Assembly: GCA_008080735.1 (NCBI GenBank) | Contig: SHMW01000053.1 | Location: forward strand, 394 to 28,741 | From: Promethearchaeota archaeon | Lineage (GTDB): Archaea > Asgardarchaeota > Lokiarchaeia > Sigyniarchaeales > SOKP01 | DNA length: 28,348 bases | Direction of reading: 5' to 3' | Shown: piece by piece, positions 9,182-18,269 of the stretch | Position numbering within the stretch: the first letter of the stretch is position 1 | Layout: every line of letters starts with the position of its first letter | Notes under the pieces: model-generated | Told to the model about the DNA's origin: nothing | What the model saw: the letters and a program-made list of their open reading frames with translations, nothing else | Databases searched by the model: none | Position numbers and translations under genes: made by a program

Positions 9182-10192
9182 ATGGGTTTCCTTTCAGGCT
9201 TAAAACGACTCTTTTCTAAATGGATTTATGCTTTAGTCGTTCTTTCTTTCATTGTTTCATGGTTTCTTATCTTATTCGGCTCAACCTTTATTCCTTTTGA
9301 GCAATACAATCGTATAGTAGTTATTTTCATCGAAATTCTATTTGGTTTTTGTTTTGTCTTATTTGTATTTTCATTTTTTAAACCCATTGATGACCTTCCT
9401 CTATATTTAATTATTCTTGCATTTTTAATTGGACTACCATTAATACTAATTTTTCTCAATATTTTTTCCCTCTTCTTTTTATTTTGTGTGGTAGCGAATC
9501 AAATTCTGACCGCTTTTTTTGCGTTTAAGGTCTGTATGGATACAGCAATCAAATCCGATACATATCTCTACGAGAAAGAGCCATTACGAATTCCGGGAAG
9601 AATTATTGAATTCATCTTATTCGGAGGCTTGAATTGGTGGCTTTTGCGCATAACGGGAACATATTTTAATAAATTTTCGGGAGGTAATTCTGATTTACTC
9701 TTTCTTTTTAGACTTATCTCATGGATTGACTTAATCCTATTAGGAATTGTTTTGTTAAGACTGCTTTTAATACAAAAATTTGCGGCCTACATTTCATTAT
9801 TTCTTCTTCTCTCATTTTTTTATACCTTTTATCGAATATTCGACATATTTGCCACTATAATCATTCCCGATTCAGCGACATACAAAATCTCTTCGTTTTT
9901 TATCGATCTACTCATATTTCTCTATATTATCGGCGCTATATTTGATAGGATTGATTATTTAAAAGAAAAATTGCGAATTATTCGAGCTGATACGATAGCA
10001 TTCTTTATTATTCTTATGAAACTTATTGTCCAAGTATCCAAAATCTTTCCTAATATTCCAGGAGTAGAGGTTCCACCGGATATACGTCAAGATATAGCAA
10101 TTTTGTTAATATTTATTTTCTTCACTCTTCTTATTGGAATTTACACGATATTTCGTCATAAAATGGGTAATAAAAAAAGAAAGAATAATTGA
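9182..10192 (+). CDS. Hypothetical polytopic membrane protein (~10 TM)
   Basis: Long ORF of repeated hydrophobic segments with a basic C-terminus; no recognised motif. Confidence 0.75.
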   Translation: MGFLSGLKRLFSKWIYALVVLSFIVSWFLILFGSTFIPFEQYNRIVVIFIEILFGFCFVLFVFSFFKPIDDLPLYLIILAFLIGLPLILIFLNIFSLFFLFCVVANQILTAFFAFKVCMDTAIKSDTYLYEKEPLRIPGRIIEFILFGGLNWWLLRITGTYFNKFSGGNSDLLFLFRLISWIDLILLGIVLLRLLLIQKFAAYISLFLLLSFFYTFYRIFDIFATIIIPDSATYKISSFFIDLLIFLYIIGAIFDRIDYLKEKLRIIRADTIAFFIILMKLIVQVSKIFPNIPGVEVPPDIRQDIAILLIFIFFTLLIGIYTIFRHKMGNKKRKNN

Positions 10193-10251
10193 TGTTATGT
10201 CTAATAAATATTTTAAAAATTACATGGAAGTGCTATTTAATGAACTGCACG

Positions 10252-10896
10252 TTATCTATTCTTGCGCGTGAACCAACCGAATTCAATAAACCAAATTAAG
10301 GTGCTGAATAACATTAACCATTCCGTTACTTTCTCGATCTCGGTAGGAAAACCAGTATTTGCCTTAACCAATATCTTGAAAATTAGATATAATAGGTAAA
10401 ATGTCATTACGATAAAATTTAGACTTGCTTGATATTTCGGAATATTCTCCATCTTTAATTCTGTAATTCCATAAAAAATTAAATATACGACTCCCGCACC
10501 AAAGTAAATATATGAGGCCATTTGATGCTGAGCTTCAAATGTATATTTCGGAAAGATTCCGAGCATCATCAACCCAATCGAAGAAGTGACTCCACCAATG
10601 AGCGCGATAAACAATAAGATTGAATTCCCCCCTCTCTTTTGTAAATATCGAACAAAAAAGATGTGAGAGATTATCATTAAAATGCTCGTCAGTATTAGAT
10701 TAATTGTAAAAATCACATTTCCAACTGGGCACGGTCCCGCACCTAAATCACTTATATATTTTGTTGTCAAACTAAATGGGGCTAATCGTGCATATAAAAT
10801 TACTGAAATTATGAATAAAACGAAAAATACAGCAACGCCACAAATCGCAAATATACTTCCATGGATCTTCTTATAAAAATTATCTATTCTTTCCAT
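10252..10896 (-). CDS. DUF998 / Frag1-DRAM-Sfk1-like membrane protein
   Basis: YISDLG after TM1, GIFP...H..AS motif and EW in the last helix; ~6 TM. Confidence 0.7.
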   Translation of the reverse strand: MERIDNFYKKIHGSIFAICGVAVFFVLFIISVILYARLAPFSLTTKYISDLGAGPCPVGNVIFTINLILTSILMIISHIFFVRYLQKRGGNSILLFIALIGGVTSSIGLMMLGIFPKYTFEAQHQMASYIYFGAGVVYLIFYGITELKMENIPKYQASLNFIVMTFYLLYLIFKILVKANTGFPTEIEKVTEWLMLFSTLIWFIEFGWFTRKNR

Positions 10897-11027
10897 TGTA
10901 TTTCTCCTTAATTTTTGTTATATAATAATAGAGAATATATTGTTAATACCATATTTAATGCTTATTATTTATCTCCGATTTTTGGATATCAGAGACTATA
11001 AATCGCTTGAAATAACAATTTAATTGA

Positions 11028-11261
11028 GGATTTCCAAATTACTGCCCTAACTGTGGAATTCGAGTTAGAGCCTCCATTCAAAAGGAAGATAGCAAGCAAT
11101 GTGCGATTTGCCATTATAAAGTAAGAGGTCCGGATATTGTAATTTGCCCATTCTGTGAGAGTATTTTTCATTATAGATGTATATTTAATTGGTTAGGAAC
11201 GCAAAATCTATGTCCCGTTTGTCTCAATACCTATGTCCTTCCAAAAAGTATTTATAAATGA
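11028..11261 (+). CDS. C4HC3-type RING finger protein with N-terminal CxxC; not in ORF track, start codon unresolved
   Basis: Manual translation gives GFPNYCPNCGIRVRASIQKEDSKQCAICHYKVRGPDIVICPFCESIFHYRCIFNWLGTQNLCPVCLNTYVLPKSIYK*. The pattern is C-x2-C-x11-C-x2-C-x4-H-x2-C-x3-W-x6-CPxC. It is preceded by an in-frame TGA (11025-11027) and has no in-frame ATG/GTG/TTG. Confidence 0.75.
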   Translation, partial: GFPNYCPNCGIRVRASIQKEDSKQCAICHYKVRGPDIVICPFCESIFHYRCIFNWLGTQNLCPVCLNTYVLPKSIYK

Positions 11262-11545
11262 ACTTCATATATTTGGATTATTTATTGTTTAATTTCCTAT
11301 TTCGAACTTCATATGATGATTACATTGGCTTTCTTTTTATACCTTTTAAACTATATAGAGCTTTTTAATACCTATATAATTGAAAAAGAGAAACACCATT
11401 TATGTTTTCTGCTGAATAGAACGTCATTTTATTTATTCTGGGAGAATAAAACATACTTGCTTCTGATAGAAATTAATTATTAGAAAAAATAGCTTTTATG
11501 CTCAAAGGAGAGCATATTTTTGTTTTATGAAGTATAAAAATAAAT

Positions 11546-11575
11546 TATTTAAATACTCCTTAATATTTAAATACT
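11546..11575 (+). promoter_or_regulatory. Tandem TATA-box repeat upstream of tbp
   Basis: Exact 12-bp direct repeat TATTTAAATACT at 11546-11557 and 11564-11575, each containing the archaeal TATA consensus TTTAAATA. Confidence 0.55.
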
Positions 11576-11584
11576 AGATCGAAA

Positions 11585-12229
11585 ATGGCTAACGCGGATA
11601 TTAATAATGATGAGGATTCTGAGGGATCTGATGAATATGAGATTGACTATAAGATTGAAAATGTTGTAGCAACGGTAGTCGTAGAAATTACTGAGAAGAT
11701 TGATTTAACTAAGATTGCACGTAAGCATGTGGATGTGGAGTATAATCCCGAGAGATTTCCCGGTCTTGTTATGAGAATTGAAAAACCACGAGCGACAATC
11801 TTGATTTTCTCGACTGGAAAAATGGTGGTAACTGGGATGAGAAAAGCTTCTGAAGCAGAAGCTGTTGTTGATAAAGCGATTAAACGGATAAAGAAGGCGG
11901 GCATTGAGGTAGGCGAACCCGAGATCACTATTCAGAACATTGTTGCGAGCGGAGATTTACACACACATGTTGATTTAAATATGGGGGCTATCGTAATGGA
12001 ATACGCGATGTATGAACCAGAGGTATTTCCCGGATTAATTTATCGAATGCAAAATCCAAAAACGGTGTTTTTAATTTTTTCGACAGGCAAGATTGTGTGT
12101 ACGGGCACTAAAAATAAGGAAGATGTTAAGAACGCAGTAATTAAATTAAACAAGGAAGTTAGAGATCTTGATATTGCCAGGGATCGTATGGGTGCACCAG
12201 GCGAGTACCAAGATATCACCTTCATATAA
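11585..12229 (+). CDS. tbp: TATA-box binding protein
   Basis: Two TBP repeats: IENVVA...YNPERFPGLVMRI..P.ATILIFSTGKMVVTG and IQNIVAS...YEPEVFPGLIYRM..PKTVFLIFSTGKIVCTG. Acidic N-terminal extension. Confidence 0.98.
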   Translation: MANADINNDEDSEGSDEYEIDYKIENVVATVVVEITEKIDLTKIARKHVDVEYNPERFPGLVMRIEKPRATILIFSTGKMVVTGMRKASEAEAVVDKAIKRIKKAGIEVGEPEITIQNIVASGDLHTHVDLNMGAIVMEYAMYEPEVFPGLIYRMQNPKTVFLIFSTGKIVCTGTKNKEDVKNAVIKLNKEVRDLDIARDRMGAPGEYQDITFI

Positions 12230-12294
12230 ATGATTTAACTTTAAAAACTGAAAGTAATCTTAATTCTCTCGTATTTTAATCTTATATCAAGCGA

Positions 12295-12359
12295 TTTCTT
12301 TTCTCCATTTTTTTCTCTTTTTTCTTCTCTTTTTTAAATTTAAATTTTATTTTGTTTTT
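12295..12359 (+). terminator. Pyrimidine/oligo-T tract downstream of tbp, probable archaeal terminator
   Basis: Several consecutive T-runs (ttcttttctccatttttttctctttttt...) start ~65 bp after the tbp stop. Confidence 0.4.
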
Positions 12360-12572
12360 AAAATATATTAATTAAGCACTTTTTTGAAGTATAGACTTTT
12401 TTCCACTAAAATTTCCATCCTATTTTTTGAATTAGCTTAGCATAAACTTTCAAGGTCTTAAAAAGAACTACACCCAAAAATCGCACATTCCAATTTCCAA
12501 TTATTTTTTAATAATCTACACTACTTATAATGTAATAGATATAGTACGAAATGTATTTAGATTAGATTTTAG

Positions 12573-13175
12573 ATGGCACAGCTTAACGACTTAACAATTC
12601 CCTATATTAAAAAACTCGCAAGCGAGCTTGAAATAGATTTAAAAAGAGGGAGAAAAGCAGATTTAATATCCCAAATCAAAAATTCAGGAATTTCTGCCAC
12701 TAAACTTGATTCCTTAATTGAGAAATATTTGAAAGAGAAAAATAAGGCAAAAATCAAGAAAAAGCGCAAATTGTTAGATATACCGGAATTGGAGCAGCGG
12801 ATAGAAAAACTTGAAGGCCAAGTAGAATTCTTAATGTCAGTCATAAAAACTAAAAACCAATTATCCCATAAAAAACCAAACCTGATAAAACAAACAATAA
12901 AGAGAGAGCACGCCCCTCCAATAAACAGAGATCTTCCAGAAGTCGAATTGAACACTCAGAGCGATATAAGATTATTCTTGAAAATGCTTTTAAATCCTGG
13001 TGATACAATCACGATAGATGAAATAGTTAGAATCGATGCATTACAAAATATTTCTTTAAATCTGTTAACGCAAGCCATAAATGATCTGATTAATAATGGG
13101 ATCTTCGAACCGATTGAGGGAGAATCAATCCAAAAAATTCAAGGAAACATTGGAAAATTAATGCGAATTCGATAA
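12573..13175 (+). CDS. Hypothetical nucleic-acid-binding protein (Rho-N/SAP-like N-terminus, coiled coil, wHTH-like C-terminus)
   Basis: LNDLTIPYIKKLASELEI...RKADLISQI resembles a helix-extension-helix motif. LEQRIEKLEGQVEFL is a heptad repeat. ITIDEIV...LTQAINDLINNGIF is wHTH-like. Confidence 0.6.
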   Translation: MAQLNDLTIPYIKKLASELEIDLKRGRKADLISQIKNSGISATKLDSLIEKYLKEKNKAKIKKKRKLLDIPELEQRIEKLEGQVEFLMSVIKTKNQLSHKKPNLIKQTIKREHAPPINRDLPEVELNTQSDIRLFLKMLLNPGDTITIDEIVRIDALQNISLNLLTQAINDLINNGIFEPIEGESIQKIQGNIGKLMRIR

Positions 13176-13365
13176 TTATCAATATTTTATAATATAAATC
13201 TTTAAAATTCACATTTTATAATCATATATTAGAAGAGTTCGCTGAAAAATTAATACAAAAAATATACTTTATTTTTTCAGTGATTACGCACACCTAATTA
13301 TTGAGAAAAATTAAATGTGTTCTCATATAAAATAAAATATTAAAAAGTTATTACGTATAAAAATT

Positions 13366-14238
13366 TTGATTGATCCCGACTCGCTCTTAAATGAGCTAGA
13401 GAATGTTGGAAGACCAGAATTAATCGAGCGTCTTCATAAGATTTATCCCACCACCGATAAAGAGACGCGGATCAAGTTTCTGACGCTCTTAAACAGATTA
13501 CGAGACAATCAGCATTTTGATAAAGTTGAGAATTATTTTATTTCAGACGAAGATGCTGAAGTTAGAATTGAGGCAGCAAAATTATTAGCATTTAATTATA
13601 ATTGTAAAAAAGCTATCAAACCACTCATCTGGGTTATTGAAAATGAGCAAGATCTTGACGTGCAGTTAACTGCTTTGAGACTACTTGTAGCATTATGGCA
13701 CCGAGATGAATTTAAAGAGAAAATTAAGGATACGCTTTTTCATTTTCTCAAATCCAGGGAACCGAAACTGAAGATGGAAGTTATCCAATCTATAGGAATT
13801 TTGAAAATTAAATCTGCTACAGAAGAGCTTATTGGTCTATTGCATGCCGATAAAAAATTAGTCAAGCTTAGGGCAATCCAAGCGATTGGAAAATTAGGAA
13901 GTATCAAAGCCGTCCCATATCTTATAGAAAGCCTGGGATCTGAGAGTTATGATGTCTGGTATTTCGCATTTAATGCACTTCAAAAAATTCTTGATGATAA
14001 ACTCTCTGATTTGCTAATTAAGAAGATAAAGCATTCAATGAAAAAAGAAGAAGATTATGAAACTGCGTTATTACAGAAAGGAATTATAAGAGCCTTAGGC
14101 GAGATAGGAAAGAAAGACGTTATGGAGCTGATATCTGATTTTCTTGAAAGTAAATATTACTTCTTAGAAAGTGAGGCAAAACAAGCTTTAGGAAAAATAG
14201 ATTCTGAGTGGAAAGAGAAATACAAAAAGCTTTTGTGA
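13366..14238 (+). CDS. HEAT-repeat (PBS-lyase-like) protein
   Basis: Repeated D..VR..A...L / AIQAIGKLG...AVPYLIESL units. TTG start. Confidence 0.85.
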   Translation: MIDPDSLLNELENVGRPELIERLHKIYPTTDKETRIKFLTLLNRLRDNQHFDKVENYFISDEDAEVRIEAAKLLAFNYNCKKAIKPLIWVIENEQDLDVQLTALRLLVALWHRDEFKEKIKDTLFHFLKSREPKLKMEVIQSIGILKIKSATEELIGLLHADKKLVKLRAIQAIGKLGSIKAVPYLIESLGSESYDVWYFAFNALQKILDDKLSDLLIKKIKHSMKKEEDYETALLQKGIIRALGEIGKKDVMELISDFLESKYYFLESEAKQALGKIDSEWKEKYKKLL

Positions 14239-14424
14239 TAAAAGTTGCTAAGATATTCCTTTTTTTTGAATTTTTCACTGATCATACTGAATATATTTTT
14301 AAGACAATTTGTAATAATTAATTAGAAAAAGGAATAACACTTTTTCTTTTAATTGCTCATTTTTCCTTTTTTCTTTTAGAGCATTACAAGTAGATTTAAT
14401 ATATTTTTTAAGTATTTATAAAAT

Positions 14425-14904
14425 ATGAATACTAAAATTGCAACTTTTGGCGCGGGCTGTTTCTGGGGCGTTGAGGAGAAGTTCAGAAAGATAAAAGGTG
14501 TAGTGTCAACCACCGTGGGATATAGCGGTGGAGATTTTAATAATCCTACTTATAAAAATGTTTGCTCAGGAAAAACTGGGCACGCCGAGGTGGTACGAGT
14601 TGAATATGATCCCGATATTGTCAGTTACGAGGAATTACTCGAAATATTTTGGAAAATTCATAACCCTACAACCCTTAACAGACAAGGGTTTGATATTGGA
14701 GAACAATATCGTTCTGTTATCTTCTATCACTCTGAGGAACAAAAAGAAAAAGCGCTAGAATCAAAAAAACGCTTAGAAAAATCGGGTATATACAAAGACC
14801 CAATTGTTACCAAGATTGAAGATGCGAAGGAATTCTATAGAGCGGAAGAATACCACCAAAAATATATACAAAAACAGCAGACGAAAAGCCATTTTGGAAT
14901 ATAA
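14425..14904 (+). CDS. msrA: Peptide-methionine (S)-S-oxide reductase
   Basis: [34 protein letters not shown] and AEEYHQKY. Confidence 0.97.
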   Translation: MNTKIATFGAGCFWGVEEKFRKIKGVVSTTVGYSGGDFNNPTYKNVCSGKTGHAEVVRVEYDPDIVSYEELLEIFWKIHNPTTLNRQGFDIGEQYRSVIFYHSEEQKEKALESKKRLEKSGIYKDPIVTKIEDAKEFYRAEEYHQKYIQKQQTKSHFGI

Positions 14905-14942
14905 AAGACTCAAGTAAAAAAAAATAAGGATTTATTAAAGTT

Positions 14943-16232
14943 TTATTTTACTTTAAGATCTTCTTCTTCAATTGCTTTCAAAATTTTACCCTTAGTCTCA
15001 GGAAGGAGCCATGGAAGTATGAGTAGGGGTATACAGAAGAATATTGCGATACCCATACTCCATCCTAATGATACGGCACTGCTCAATCCTGTCCCGTCTT
15101 CAATAAGTATTGCTAAGAACCCAACAAAAACACCGCTGAGTGAAAATCCCCTAGCAAAACTATATACCGTAGACGCCGTAGAAGCTCTCTCCCCAGTGGC
15201 AAAAAGCTCAGTAAGCCATACCCCTTGTACTCCCGAGTTTCCTTGACCAAACCCAAAAATAATATAGGCTAAGATGAGCAAGGGAATATAAATTAACTGA
15301 TTCGCGATGAGGAATAGTATCAAGGAAATAAATTGGATCACCATATTAATAAAGAAACAAATCTTTCGTCCAATGTAATCCGATAAGGCACCGAATCCGA
15401 TAATGCCTATAGCTCCGAAGATACCAACAATAGTCACCATTTGGGTTCCCAGACGTTCATTCCCGCTTATTTGCCCAATATAATCCGGCCCGAAATCAAT
15501 TAAATTATGATATACGAGTTGCGAAAGCCAAAGCATAATGGCTGAAACCACTAAGAGATATGTTCCTTTTTCTTTTTTAAATACATCCAATAAAGGAACT
15601 TTTCGAATTTCCTTTCCTCGTTTTTCCATTTCTTGCTTATATTCCACCATCATCTCTGATTCTTGCATCTTATTGCTAAACAAGATTAAAAGCGGAATTG
15701 GGAAAAGAGAAACTAAAAAGCAATATCTCCATGAACCAAATGGTAAATTAAGCGGCAATATTATTTGGGCTACGACAGAAGCTAAAATGAATCCAATTAT
15801 AAAAGTACTATGAAGAAAGCCACCAGCTAAACCTCTTCTTTTAGGTTTTGCGCCAAACGATTCAGATACTAAGGCATATCCCACTCCCCAACTAACACCC
15901 ATCCCTGATAATATTCGAGTGGCAAAAAGCCACCAAAAATTAATTGAAAATGCCGAGAGTGTAGTAATAATACTATCCCATAATACTGAAAAAATTAAGG
16001 CGGGTTTTCTGCCAACTCTGTCAGCCATACTCCCGAACACAATAGCTCCAAAAAATGTTGCGATAAATTGTCCCGAAAAAATAAGACCTATTTCGAGGGT
16101 TCCGACGCCGAAAGCTGTCCTAATATCAGTCGCTAATAGAGTTATTATAGTTAAATTGAACGCATCATGGATCCATCCAACACAAGCAGCTACAAAAATT
16201 AATTTATTACCAGATTTTTCTGTGTTTTCCAT
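14943..16232 (-). CDS. MFS transporter (sialate/carboxylate/aromatic acid-type)
   Basis: Motif A GSMADRVGRK and GALSDYIGRK, ELF.T.ERA and LPETKGK; ~12 TM. Confidence 0.92.
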   Translation of the reverse strand: MENTEKSGNKLIFVAACVGWIHDAFNLTIITLLATDIRTAFGVGTLEIGLIFSGQFIATFFGAIVFGSMADRVGRKPALIFSVLWDSIITTLSAFSINFWWLFATRILSGMGVSWGVGYALVSESFGAKPKRRGLAGGFLHSTFIIGFILASVVAQIILPLNLPFGSWRYCFLVSLFPIPLLILFSNKMQESEMMVEYKQEMEKRGKEIRKVPLLDVFKKEKGTYLLVVSAIMLWLSQLVYHNLIDFGPDYIGQISGNERLGTQMVTIVGIFGAIGIIGFGALSDYIGRKICFFINMVIQFISLILFLIANQLIYIPLLILAYIIFGFGQGNSGVQGVWLTELFATGERASTASTVYSFARGFSLSGVFVGFLAILIEDGTGLSSAVSLGWSMGIAIFFCIPLLILPWLLPETKGKILKAIEEEDLKVK

Positions 16233-16404
16233 TAAATATATCTCTAATTCCTAATTAAGTAATTATGTTATAATTGTTTAGAGAACTTATTAAACATTTC
16301 AATTTATTACATAATCGTAAAACGATAAGGACATTACTGAATAGTTTTAGGTTTTTTCCGCTATAAAGATTTTTTATACATTGAGTTCATATTTTTATTA
16401 TATT

Positions 16405-17163
16405 ATGAATGAGTGGATTGTTTTTAATCTTTTAATAGTTGGTTTTGCAGTTTTGAGCCCAATGGTGTTAATTTTTTTGTTTTTTGTTTCAGCCCCGTAT
16501 GGAAGGCATATAAGAGATAACTGGGGGCCAGAGATAAATAATAAATGGGGATGGTGTTTAATGGAAGTACCCACTATTCTGTTATTCTTATTTTTCTATC
16601 TAATAGGAGATACAACCTATCTTATCGTACCCTCATTTTTCTTATTGATTTGGATGATTCATTATATACATAGAACCTTAATCTTTCCTTTTTTGATAAG
16701 GGGGAAAAACAACATGCCTATTATAATAATGATATTTGGGATGGTGTTTAACATTATTAATACTTATCTCCAAGCTAGATGGATAAATACCTTTTCGAAC
16801 AATTATTCATTGAATTGGTTATTAACTCTAAATTTTCAACTTGGAATAATTATTTTCGTTATTGGATTTGTAATCAATATCCATTCTGATTATAAAATTC
16901 GAAATCTTAGAGATCCGGGAGAGGATGAATACAAAATACCTCGAGGTGGATTATTTCAATGGGTTAGCTCCCCAAATTATCTCGGTGAAATTATAGAATG
17001 GAGTGGTTGGGCAATAATGACTTGCTCCCTTCCAGGACTTATTTTTGCGATATGGACATTTGCTAATCTGGCCCCTAGAGCGTACGCAAATCATCTCTGG
17101 TACCTTGAGAAGTTCTCTGAATATCCTGACAAGCGGAAGGCATTAATTCCATATATTTTCTAA
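16405..17163 (+). CDS. 3-oxo-5-alpha-steroid 4-dehydrogenase (SRD5A1/DET2-like steroid 5-alpha-reductase)
   Basis: APYGRH, W.LMEVP, HYIHR, NIHSD, YKIPRGGLF.WVSSPNYLGEIIEW, NLAPRA..H.WY and RKALIP. ATG at 16405 is preferred over TTG at 16381. Confidence 0.9.
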   Translation: MNEWIVFNLLIVGFAVLSPMVLIFLFFVSAPYGRHIRDNWGPEINNKWGWCLMEVPTILLFLFFYLIGDTTYLIVPSFFLLIWMIHYIHRTLIFPFLIRGKNNMPIIIMIFGMVFNIINTYLQARWINTFSNNYSLNWLLTLNFQLGIIIFVIGFVINIHSDYKIRNLRDPGEDEYKIPRGGLFQWVSSPNYLGEIIEWSGWAIMTCSLPGLIFAIWTFANLAPRAYANHLWYLEKFSEYPDKRKALIPYIF

Positions 17164-18151
17164 TTGAGTCAGAGGAGTCATTTTTATAATTCTCATATCG
17201 CCTTAAACGGTATAGTAAATATTTTTTAATAAACCATCTAAAAATACGGGCAAAATATCTTTTGACGCCTATCCACTCTTTTACCTCTTGATAGAAATCT
17301 GGGAGATCATGGTTTTGATAATCTAAAAACTTTTGGAGTTTAGGATTGTTTTTAATATATCCGCAATTAAAGCCTCCTCCCGCAAATGAACTTTCGGGGA
17401 AATAATCTCTGCCGAGACCCATTATTTCCAACAGGTTGTTAAGATACTTTTTAAAAGTTATTCTGCATTTTTCTCCCCCTCCCAAATTATAAACTGCATT
17501 CCAGAGTTGCTCAATCTCTAAAGAACGTACAATGCCTAAAGCAACATCCTCAACATGAATTACTTCTATGGGCGTCTTTAGTGGCATCCGAAATAATATA
17601 GGATTAAATCTTAAAGTATCTACAGTAGCAACATAAGATAACCTGTAAATGATGTATTCAAATCCTGAATTATTAATTAAGTTCTCCGCCTTCACTTTAG
17701 TATAGCCATATATATCATTTGGATTTGGCTCATCTTCTGCTTTTATCAATGGAGTGTCTAAGCGATCTCCATAAATGGCAATTGAGGAGGTATATATGAT
17801 TTTTGGTTCAGAATTCGAGATTTTTGCGGCTTGAAGAATATTTTCGGTGCCACATACATTAACTTGGTAAGTATAATCTGGATCTTTATATGCTTGAGGG
17901 GGTATTAATGCAGCTGCGTGTATTATTATATCTTGATCCTTTACAGCTTCCTTACATTTTTTAAGGTTTAAAATATCACCCCAAGTTATTTCGATACATT
18001 CATCATATGGTCTAAAAAGCTTTTTATTTTTTTTAGACTCTCGAGCAAATATTTTGAGTTGATATTGATCTAATCTCTTAAGTAATTCTTTAAATATTTG
18101 GGTTCCAACACTTCCAGAAGCTCCAGTGAGCAATATCTTCTTTTTACGCAT
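17075..18151 (-). CDS. Extended SDR, NAD-dependent epimerase/dehydratase / 3beta-hydroxysteroid dehydrogenase-like
   Basis: TGASGSVG Rossmann motif, IHAAA, N..GT.N, YTSS and catalytic YGYTK. Confidence 0.88.
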   Translation of the reverse strand: MRKKKILLTGASGSVGTQIFKELLKRLDQYQLKIFARESKKNKKLFRPYDECIEITWGDILNLKKCKEAVKDQDIIIHAAALIPPQAYKDPDYTYQVNVCGTENILQAAKISNSEPKIIYTSSIAIYGDRLDTPLIKAEDEPNPNDIYGYTKVKAENLINNSGFEYIIYRLSYVATVDTLRFNPILFRMPLKTPIEVIHVEDVALGIVRSLEIEQLWNAVYNLGGGEKCRITFKKYLNNLLEIMGLGRDYFPESSFAGGGFNCGYIKNNPKLQKFLDYQNHDLPDFYQEVKEWIGVKRYFARIFRWFIKKYLLYRLRRYENYKNDSSDSIRKYMELMPSACQDIQRTSQGTRDDLRTL

Positions 18152-18269
18152 TATTCCGGAAAATATCCCTTTTATTTTAAATGAACTTATTCTTTATATA
18201 ATGTGTTTTTTTAATAATGAGTTATGAATAAAAGAAGATTATCATGAAAAGTTCCATTCTTATAAAACC

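Noticed and set aside
11013-11027. Selenocysteine readthrough of the TGA before the RING frame
   Set aside because: An in-frame TAA lies four codons upstream with no start codon in between, so readthrough alone cannot supply a start.
10989-11171. 60-aa minus-strand ORF from the track
   Set aside because: It is the antisense shadow of the RING-finger frame on the + strand and has no recognisable motif.
11260-11314. 11-bp direct repeat GAACTTCATAT at 11260-11270 and 11304-11314
   Set aside because: Only two short copies, too short for CRISPR, with no element between them; could be chance.
14425-14904. Selenocysteine form of MsrA
   Set aside because: The catalytic residue is encoded by TGT (Cys) in GCFWG.
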